In this document: in pieces, positions 56,544 through 64,000 of the stretch
Layout: every line of letters begins with the position of its first letter
How positions within the stretch are numbered: the stretch's first letter is position 1
NCBI GenBank assembly: GCA_965116885.1
Contig: OZ220741.1
Location: forward strand, 1,152,001-1,216,000
DNA from: Candidatus Latescibacterota bacterium
GTDB lineage: Bacteria; Latescibacterota; UBA2968
Direction of reading: 5' to 3'
Length of the DNA stretch: 64,000 bases
The notes under the pieces: generated by a model
The model's database searches: none
Told to the model about the DNA's origin: nothing
Seen by the model: the letters and a program-made list of their open reading frames with translations, nothing else
Program-made: the position numbers and the translations under genes

Positions 56544-58895
56544 ATGATCAAAAATTATCTAACCGTTGCGATCCGCAATCTGATGCGGCACAAATTGTAC
56601 ACATCCATCAATGTACTGGGACTCGCCATCGGCCTCGCCTTCTGCATCCTCACCTACCTCTTTGTCCACAATGAATGGACTTATGACACTTTTCACAAAA
56701 ACGCCGACCGCATCTATCGGGTTTGCGTAAAGGGGCAACAGGGGCAACAGGGGCTACACGAATGGATTACCGGTACGACATCAGACCCCCTCGGACCCGC
56801 AATAGCAGAAGCATTCCCTGACATGCAGACTGTTCGTTTCATATCTCGCAATGAGAAAATTGGTACAGAAGATCGCGCTTTTCGGGCACAGTTGGGTTAT
56901 GTTGATCCCAACTTCCTCGACATTTTTTCTTTTCCAGTTATTCACGGCGACGCTACGAATGCCCTTAAAGACAAATATTCCGCACTCATAACAGAAAAAA
57001 CCGCACAGAAATATTTCAACAAAGCCAACCCCGTCGGGGAACAGCTTCCAATTCAGCGCGGGAAGGAAATTCAAAACTACACCATCACGGGCATTGTGCA
57101 AAACGCGCCCAACAACTCCACACTTCAATTTGACATACTATTGCCATTTGAACAAAGCGAGTTCGAAGACAAATGGTATTCCTCTCTGGTTTCAACTTTT
57201 ATGATGCTCCCTCAAAACGTACATCCCAACAGTCTCGAACAACAATTTCTCAGATGGACCAAAATCTGGTGGGGTGAAAAGAGCGAGGAACAAATCAAAC
57301 TTCAACCACTCACCAAAATGCACTTTGATCAAAACGTGTGGGCAGACGGTCGTAGTAATCCAGTTTATTCATACATCTTATCGGGCATTGCAATCCTCGT
57401 CCTGTTTATCGCCTGTGTCAACTTCATCACCTTAACCCTCGGACGACAGGCAACGCGAGCGCGAGAAGTCGGCTTGCGAAAAGTCGTTGGTGCGAAACGC
57501 TTACAGATCGCAAATCAATTTATCGGCGAATCGCTCTTACTCATCACCATTGCACTCATCGCTGGCATTGCCATCGCAGAACTCGCCTTGCCAACATTCA
57601 ACAATCTCGCTGGGAAATCTCTGTCCATGGGCGATGGCCTCAATCTCACAACACTCGCCTTTCTCATTCTGCTGGTCAGCCTCGTTGGCTTCACAGCAGG
57701 GGGCTATCCCGCCCTGATCCTATCCCGATTGCAACCAACCCAAATCATCGCGAGCAGATTGCAAATCAAAACGGGCAATCGTTTCGGCAAGATACTGGTC
57801 ATCTTTCAGTTTGCCCTATCCATATTTTTAATCATCACCACCCTGATGATGGGCAAACAGCTTGATTTTTTGCGAACCAAACCCCCGGGATATCAAATCG
57901 AACACGTTATCGCCATTCAGACTAATGACCTGCGAAAAGAAAACAAAACCTTACCAACTGTTTTTCGGGATTTGCTGCTGTCTCATCCCTCAGTGATCAG
58001 CACGACATGGCTTGGTCACAGTTTAAACAGCAACATGGGCTCCCGAACTTATGTAAGTTATGGCGGAAGTCCAGAGCACCTCGTTGAAAACATTTCAATT
58101 GATTACAATCTGTTCAAAACACTCGACATAAAACTCGTCGCAGGTCGAGAATACAACAGAGAATTTCCAACCGATGCCAGAGAATCAATCCTTGTCAACG
58201 AAGCATTCATCGAAAAATTTGGCATAGAGGATCCCATTGGTAAAACAATCAAACGTGGAACATCATGGTCCCAGACCATCATTGGCGTTGTCCGCGATTT
58301 CCATTTTCGCTCCTTGCATCACAAAATTGCACCTGCCATTATGCCCCTCTATACAGGTCATTGGTCCTTGTGGGTTCGCATTCACCCCGAAAATGTACCC
58401 GGCACCATCGCATTCATCAAAGAACAGTGGGCTGAAGTCATCCCCAATCATGCATTCAACTTCTCATTCATCGATGAAGACCTGGACAAACAATACAAAA
58501 AAGAAGAACGCTGGAATCAAATGATCCAATACGCCACAGGATTCGCCATCTTCATCGCCACACTCGGCGCATTCGGACTGGCGGCACTCGCCACGACCAG
58601 ACGCACCAAAGAAATCGGCATTCGCAAAGTATTGGGTGCATCCCAAACGCAAATCCTGTCTCTACTCTCACGGGAATTTGTCCTCTACATCGCCCTATCG
58701 AGCCTCATCGCATTCCCCATCGCCTATTACGCGACCAATCAATGGTTACAAACCTTCGCCTACCGCACCGAGTTAGGTATTGGCGCCTTCTTACTCGGCA
58801 GCGTAGCCATGTTCCTCGTCGTACTCACAACCGTCACCACCCAGGTCCTCAAAGCAGCCCGCGCAAACCCGGCGGATGCCCTGCGAGATGAATAG
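56544..58895 (+). CDS. MacB/FtsX-type ABC permease, member 5 (chimeric 5' end)
   Basis: Same motifs. Confidence 0.93.
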   Translation: MIKNYLTVAIRNLMRHKLYTSINVLGLAIGLAFCILTYLFVHNEWTYDTFHKNADRIYRVCVKGQQGQQGLHEWITGTTSDPLGPAIAEAFPDMQTVRFISRNEKIGTEDRAFRAQLGYVDPNFLDIFSFPVIHGDATNALKDKYSALITEKTAQKYFNKANPVGEQLPIQRGKEIQNYTITGIVQNAPNNSTLQFDILLPFEQSEFEDKWYSSLVSTFMMLPQNVHPNSLEQQFLRWTKIWWGEKSEEQIKLQPLTKMHFDQNVWADGRSNPVYSYILSGIAILVLFIACVNFITLTLGRQATRAREVGLRKVVGAKRLQIANQFIGESLLLITIALIAGIAIAELALPTFNNLAGKSLSMGDGLNLTTLAFLILLVSLVGFTAGGYPALILSRLQPTQIIASRLQIKTGNRFGKILVIFQFALSIFLIITTLMMGKQLDFLRTKPPGYQIEHVIAIQTNDLRKENKTLPTVFRDLLLSHPSVISTTWLGHSLNSNMGSRTYVSYGGSPEHLVENISIDYNLFKTLDIKLVAGREYNREFPTDARESILVNEAFIEKFGIEDPIGKTIKRGTSWSQTIIGVVRDFHFRSLHHKIAPAIMPLYTGHWSLWVRIHPENVPGTIAFIKEQWAEVIPNHAFNFSFIDEDLDKQYKKEERWNQMIQYATGFAIFIATLGAFGLAALATTRRTKEIGIRKVLGASQTQILSLLSREFVLYIALSSLIAFPIAYYATNQWLQTFAYRTELGIGAFLLGSVAMFLVVLTTVTTQVLKAARANPADALRDE

Positions 58896-58917
58896 GGAAC
58901 AATGACAGGAGCTTCTC

Positions 58918-61293
58918 ATGATCAAAAATTATCTAACAGTTGCCATCCGCAACATCGCCAGAAACAAAACATTCTCTGCCATCAACATCCTCGGTCTCGC
59001 GATCGGCATGGCCTGTTGCATCCTCATCCTGCTCTATGTGCAAGATGAACTGAGCTATGACCAGCATCACGAACATGCACACCGAATCTATCGGCTCGCT
59101 GAAGAAGCACATATAGCAGGACAAACGCGTCGAATTGCAATTACATCATTCCCGATGGGACCGGCTCTCGTTCAAGATTATCCCAACGTTGTAGATGCCG
59201 TCCGATTTTACAAAAATGATGAAAAAACGCCTGTTGCAAACCAGCAGAATCAATTCTCTGAGAAAGGCGTCTTATTCACCGAGGCAAGTGTCTTTCAGGT
59301 CTTTGATTTTCCACTCAGTAAGGGAGACCCCAGGACAGCACTCCAGGAACCCTATTCTATTGTTCTGACAGAAGAGATGGCTCGGAAATATTTCGGTGAC
59401 CAGGATCCGATGGGACAGACACTTTTGGTGGGCGAGGCGGAGTGTAAAATTACGGGTATTTTAGAAAACCATGCCCACAATACCCATTTACAGTTCAATT
59501 TTCTGGTCTCATCCATGAGGCGTAGTGATTGGGTCGATCACAGCTATTATACCTATCTGCTCTTACAAAACACCCAGGCTGCGGACGAGTTAGAAACAGA
59601 GTTACCCAATTTTATCGAAAGACACATAGGGGAACAACTCAAAGCATCAGGGATCCAGCTCAAGCCTTTTCTACAGCCATTAACCGATATTCATTTGCGT
59701 TCCCACCTGGAATCTGAAATAAGTCCCAACGGCGATATTCGGTATGTCTATCTCTTCCTGATCATTGCCCTTTTCGTACTCATACTCGCCTGTATCAACT
59801 TTATGAACCTCTCAACGGCTCGCTCTGCGACGCGATCAAAAGAAGTCGGCATGCGAAAAGTCGTTGGCGCAAACCGATCACAGCTAATCTGTCAGTTTAT
59901 GGGCGAATCCATATTGCTGGCTTTGATGGCACTATTTCTGGCCGTTGTTGTAGCTGAAGTCTCACTCCCCGCGTTCAACGCCTTTATCCAGCGCGAATTG
60001 GTATTGGATTACGCGGGCAATTGGCAGGTCGTATTAGCCCTGCTCAGTGTTGCCTTATTTGCGGGGATGCTCTCGGGAATCTATCCCGCCTTTTTCCTCT
60101 CGGCGTTTCAGCCAGTAGAGGTCTTAAAAAGCACGCTACGGCGAGGATTGAAGACCTCCAGTTCCCGCAAAACGCTCGTCGTATTTCAGTTTGTCATTTC
60201 GATCATTCTCATCATTGGGACAGTTGTCGTTTACCATCAATCGGATTACATCAAAAACAAGAAACTGGGCTTCAATAAAGAACGGGTAGTGGTCATGCCG
60301 ATTGATAGACAATTGGCGAAGCGATATAAACCCACAGTATCAGCGCATACATCAGTATTAAATGTATCGGCGTCTTCCACCGTACCAGGCCGAGAACTTG
60401 CCGCCCATCTTTTCCGCCCTTCTCTGGATTCCGCACACAAAGATGCTTTACTGATAAACGTGATGTATGTAGATCACGAGTTTATTCAGACTTATGATAT
60501 TGGAGTTTTAGAGGGCCGCGCCTTTTCAGAGGATATTAGAAGTGATCGAAATGGCGCATTTATCCTCAATGAATCTGCTGTGCGAAAATTTGGATGGACT
60601 TCACATGCCAATAGAAAGCTTGAACGGGTTTATCCAAAAGGGAATATATTGAATGTGGAGATTCAGGGAGATGTGGTGGGCATTGTGAAGGACTTTCACT
60701 ATCAGTCCCTGCACCATGAAATTGAACCGCTTGTGCTCATGATGGGAGGAAGTTGGATAGAGTATCTTTCCATCCGGATCCGCTCAGACGATATTGCTGC
60801 CACACTGGACTTTCTTAAAACCCAGTGGCACGAGGTCGTATCGGACAGGCCATTCGACTATTTCTTCCTCGACGACGATTACGACAAACTCTATCGCACA
60901 GAAGAACAAATAGGCACACTCTTTGGCCTCTTCTCCATCCTCGCCATATTCGTCGCCAGCCTTGGACTGTTCGGACTCGCATCCTTCACTGCACAACGGC
61001 GCATCAAAGAAATCGGCATTCGCAAAGTCCTGGGCGCATCCGTTTCCAATCTCGTACTCATGTTGTCAAAAGAGTTCGCCATACTTGTCGGCATTGCCAA
61101 CCTCATCGCCTGGCCAATCGCCTATTACGCGATGAACAGGTGGCTACAGGATTTTGCCTATCGCATTGACCTGGAGATATGGGCGTTTGTATTGAGTGGT
61201 TTTCTGGCGTTGTTAATTGCCTTGGCCACAGTGAGTTATCAAGCGTGGAAAGTTGCCCGCACCAATCCCGTGGATGCCCTGCGGTATGAGTAA
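58918..61293 (+). CDS. MacB/FtsX-type ABC permease, member 6
   Basis: Same motifs. Confidence 0.93.
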   Translation: MIKNYLTVAIRNIARNKTFSAINILGLAIGMACCILILLYVQDELSYDQHHEHAHRIYRLAEEAHIAGQTRRIAITSFPMGPALVQDYPNVVDAVRFYKNDEKTPVANQQNQFSEKGVLFTEASVFQVFDFPLSKGDPRTALQEPYSIVLTEEMARKYFGDQDPMGQTLLVGEAECKITGILENHAHNTHLQFNFLVSSMRRSDWVDHSYYTYLLLQNTQAADELETELPNFIERHIGEQLKASGIQLKPFLQPLTDIHLRSHLESEISPNGDIRYVYLFLIIALFVLILACINFMNLSTARSATRSKEVGMRKVVGANRSQLICQFMGESILLALMALFLAVVVAEVSLPAFNAFIQRELVLDYAGNWQVVLALLSVALFAGMLSGIYPAFFLSAFQPVEVLKSTLRRGLKTSSSRKTLVVFQFVISIILIIGTVVVYHQSDYIKNKKLGFNKERVVVMPIDRQLAKRYKPTVSAHTSVLNVSASSTVPGRELAAHLFRPSLDSAHKDALLINVMYVDHEFIQTYDIGVLEGRAFSEDIRSDRNGAFILNESAVRKFGWTSHANRKLERVYPKGNILNVEIQGDVVGIVKDFHYQSLHHEIEPLVLMMGGSWIEYLSIRIRSDDIAATLDFLKTQWHEVVSDRPFDYFFLDDDYDKLYRTEEQIGTLFGLFSILAIFVASLGLFGLASFTAQRRIKEIGIRKVLGASVSNLVLMLSKEFAILVGIANLIAWPIAYYAMNRWLQDFAYRIDLEIWAFVLSGFLALLIALATVSYQAWKVARTNPVDALRYE

Positions 61294-61322
61294 TCAATTC
61301 CCATCCTGCAAAGGAGTAACCA

Positions 61323-63683
61323 ATGTTCGGTGAAATATCTTTATTCAGTAGCTACCTGAAAACAGCAATCCGCAACCTCGCCAGGCACCGCATCTACTCG
61401 GCCATCAACATCATCGGTATTGCCATCGGTCTCGCCTTTTGCATCCTCACCTACCTCTTCGTCCAAAACGAATGGACCTATGACACTTTTCACGAAAACG
61501 CCGACCGCATCTATCGGGTTTATATAAAACATATAAAAGGACGAAACGAGCGCGTTCACGGTGTAACACCCGGTCCTCTCGGACCCGCATTAACAGAAGC
61601 ATTTCCCGACATGCAAACGGTTCGCTTCACATCTCGCATGGGGAAAATTGGCACAGAAAATCGCGCTTTCCGGGCACAGTTGGGATTTACCGATCCCAAC
61701 TTTCTCGACGTTTTTTCTTTTCCAATCCTTCGAGGCGACCCAGCGAATACACTCCAGGACAAATACGCCGCACTCATAACAGAAAAAACTGCGCAGAAGT
61801 ATTTCAACAAAGCCAACCCCATCGGAGCAGTACTTCCAATTGAATACAAAAATGAAATCCAGGATTACACCATCGCGGGCATCGTGAAAAACGCGCCCAA
61901 AAACTCCACAATTCAATTTGACGTACTACTACCCTTTGAACAAAGCAAGGTCGAAGACAGATGGAACTCCTACAGCATATTTACTTTCATGATGCTCCCG
62001 CCGAATATATCTCCAAACAGTCTCGAACAACAATTTCCCAGATGGACCAAAAACTGGTGGGATGAAAAGAGCGAGAATCAAATCAAACTTCAGCCACTCA
62101 CCAAAATGCACTTCGATCAGACCATGTACGTAAGCCATCGCAGCAATCCAGTTTACTCATACATCTTATCGGGCATTGCACTACTCGTCCTATTTATCGC
62201 CTGCGTCAACTTCACAACCTTAACTCTCGGACGACAGGCAATGCGAGCGCGAGAAATCGGCTTGCGAAAAGTCGTTGGCGCAAAACGCTCACAAATCGCA
62301 AACCAATTTATCGGCGAATCGCTCTTACTCATCCTTATCGCGCTCACAGCCGGCATTGCCATAGCAGAACTCGCATTACCAACATTCAACGATCTGGCCG
62401 GGAAAGATCTGGCCTTGATCGACGGTCTCAACACCACAACACTCGCTTTTCTCATTCTGCTGGTCAGCCTCGTCGGCATCACAGCAGGAGGCTACCCCGC
62501 CCTGATCCTATCCCGATTGCAGCCAACCCAAATCATCGCGAGCAGGTTGCAAATCAGAACGGGCAATCGTTTCGGCAACGTATTGATCATTTTTCAGTTT
62601 GCCCTATCCATATTCTTCATCATCACCACCCTGATGGTAGGCAAACAACTCACCTTTTTGAGAACCCAATCCCTGGGGTATCAAACCGAACACGTTGTCG
62701 CCATTCAGACCCATGACCTGCGAAAAGAAAACAAAACCTTACCAACTGTTTTTCGGGATGCCTTGCTGTCTCACCATGCTGTGATCAGCACAACATGGCT
62801 TAACCATTCACTAAACAACGACATGCGTGTGTCAACCTATGTAACATACCGTGGAAGCCCGGAGCAACCCGTTGAAGGTATTGGTATTGACTACGACCTG
62901 TTCAAAACGCTCGACCTGAAACTCGTTGCAGGTCGAGAATACAACAGAGACTTTCCAACAGATGCCAAAGAATCAATCATTGTCAACGAAGCACTCGTCC
63001 AAAAATTCGGTATAGAAGACCCCGTTGGCAAAACAATCACATACAGCAACTCAAAAGAAAGAACCATCATCGGCATTGCTCAAAATTTCCATTTTCGCTC
63101 CCTGCATCACAAAATTGAACCCGCTGTTCTACCACTCAGCACATACACCGGACGCTTGTTGGTTCGTATTCACTCCGAAAATGTGCCCGGCACCATCGCA
63201 TTCATCAAAGAACAATGGGAAAAAGTCGCTCCCAATCAGACATTCAACTTCTCATTCATCAATGAAGACCTAGACAAACAATACAAAAAAGAAGAACGCT
63301 GGAATCTCATGATCCAATACGCTACAGGATTCGCCATCTTCATCGCTGCACTCGGCGCATTCGGACTGGCTGCTCTCGCCACAACCAGACGCACCAAAGA
63401 AATCGGCATCCGCAAAGTCCTGGGCGCATCCCAAACCCAGATTTTATCCCTGCTCTCACGAGAATTTGTCCTCTACATCGCCCTATCAAGCCTCATCGCA
63501 TTCCCCATCGCCTATTACGCGACCAATCAATGGTTACAAACCTTCGCCTACCGCACCGAATTGGGTATTGGTGCCTTCTTACTCGGCAGCGTGTTCATGT
63601 TCCTCGTCGTACTCACAACCGTCACCACTCAGACCCTCAAAGCCGCACGCGCAAACCCGGCGGATGCCCTGCGAGATGAATAG
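61323..63683 (+). CDS. MacB/FtsX-type ABC permease, member 7
   Basis: Same motifs; close paralog of members 4 and 5. Confidence 0.93.
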   Translation: MFGEISLFSSYLKTAIRNLARHRIYSAINIIGIAIGLAFCILTYLFVQNEWTYDTFHENADRIYRVYIKHIKGRNERVHGVTPGPLGPALTEAFPDMQTVRFTSRMGKIGTENRAFRAQLGFTDPNFLDVFSFPILRGDPANTLQDKYAALITEKTAQKYFNKANPIGAVLPIEYKNEIQDYTIAGIVKNAPKNSTIQFDVLLPFEQSKVEDRWNSYSIFTFMMLPPNISPNSLEQQFPRWTKNWWDEKSENQIKLQPLTKMHFDQTMYVSHRSNPVYSYILSGIALLVLFIACVNFTTLTLGRQAMRAREIGLRKVVGAKRSQIANQFIGESLLLILIALTAGIAIAELALPTFNDLAGKDLALIDGLNTTTLAFLILLVSLVGITAGGYPALILSRLQPTQIIASRLQIRTGNRFGNVLIIFQFALSIFFIITTLMVGKQLTFLRTQSLGYQTEHVVAIQTHDLRKENKTLPTVFRDALLSHHAVISTTWLNHSLNNDMRVSTYVTYRGSPEQPVEGIGIDYDLFKTLDLKLVAGREYNRDFPTDAKESIIVNEALVQKFGIEDPVGKTITYSNSKERTIIGIAQNFHFRSLHHKIEPAVLPLSTYTGRLLVRIHSENVPGTIAFIKEQWEKVAPNQTFNFSFINEDLDKQYKKEERWNLMIQYATGFAIFIAALGAFGLAALATTRRTKEIGIRKVLGASQTQILSLLSREFVLYIALSSLIAFPIAYYATNQWLQTFAYRTELGIGAFLLGSVFMFLVVLTTVTTQTLKAARANPADALRDE

Positions 63684-63705
63684 GGAACAATGACAGGAGC
63701 TTCTC

Positions 63706-64000
63706 ATGATTAAAAATTATCTGACCGTTGCGATTCGCAATCTGATGCGGCATAAACTATACACATCCATCAATATATTGGGACTTGCCATTGGATTGGC
63801 GTGTGGCATTCTGATCCTGTTGTACATCCAGCAGGAATTTGCAATAGATCGCTCCCATACTCTGGGCGACCGCATTTACAAAGTAATTCGGGAACAACGC
63901 GGCAGTACGCAAACAACGTACGAAGAAGGGACATCAGGCGCACTCGGTCCTGTATTGGAAGAAACATTTCCCGAAGTAGAAACAACCGTACGTATCTGGC
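63706..64000 (+). CDS. MacB/FtsX-type ABC permease, member 8 (partial)
   Basis: Own translation MIKNYLTVAIRNLMRHKLYTSINILGLAIGLACGILILLYIQQEF..., close paralog of member 3. Confidence 0.9.
   Translation, partial: MIKNYLTVAIRNLMRHKLYTSINILGLAIGLACGILILLYIQQEFAIDRSHTLGDRIYKVIREQRGSTQTTYEEGTSGALGPVLEETFPEVETTVRIW

Noticed and set aside
56731..56758. 9-bp tandem repeat (GGGCAACAG x2 plus a variant) as a phase-variation switch
   Set aside because: Unit is a multiple of three and copy number is low; it only alters a loop (GQQGQQGLH).
45185..64000. Diversity-generating retroelement or shufflon behind permease variation
   Set aside because: No reverse transcriptase or recombinase in the window, no inverted cassettes, and differences are not adenine-specific by eye.

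Overview
Bacterial chromosomal window with no rRNA, tRNA, CRISPR array, prophage or transposase. Gene content (internalin-like LRR protein, several PhyH dioxygenases, GTAG-type REPs, many ~800-aa ABC permeases) suggests an uncultured Latescibacterota/Poribacteria-like lineage, but this is inference. A minus-strand housekeeping block (pdxH, pdxJ, tig, clpP, clpX, engB, serA, purA, UbiD-family) sits among accessory genes. These include an SDR plus non-canonical QueA paralog pair, two type II TA pairs, an orphan McrB-like GTPase, an aquaporin remnant, and three tandem paralogous small membrane proteins bracketed by near-identical hairpins. There are also two ECF sigma factors with no adjacent anti-sigma, a Cys-motif GAF kinase/NarL pair next to a Rieske protein, and a sugar-acid/PhyH catabolic cluster. 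The last 20 kb is a tandem array of at least 8 MacB/FtsX-type permeases showing recombinational mosaicism. It is driven by two sigma-54 promoters that share an identical 45-bp enhancer at identical spacing.
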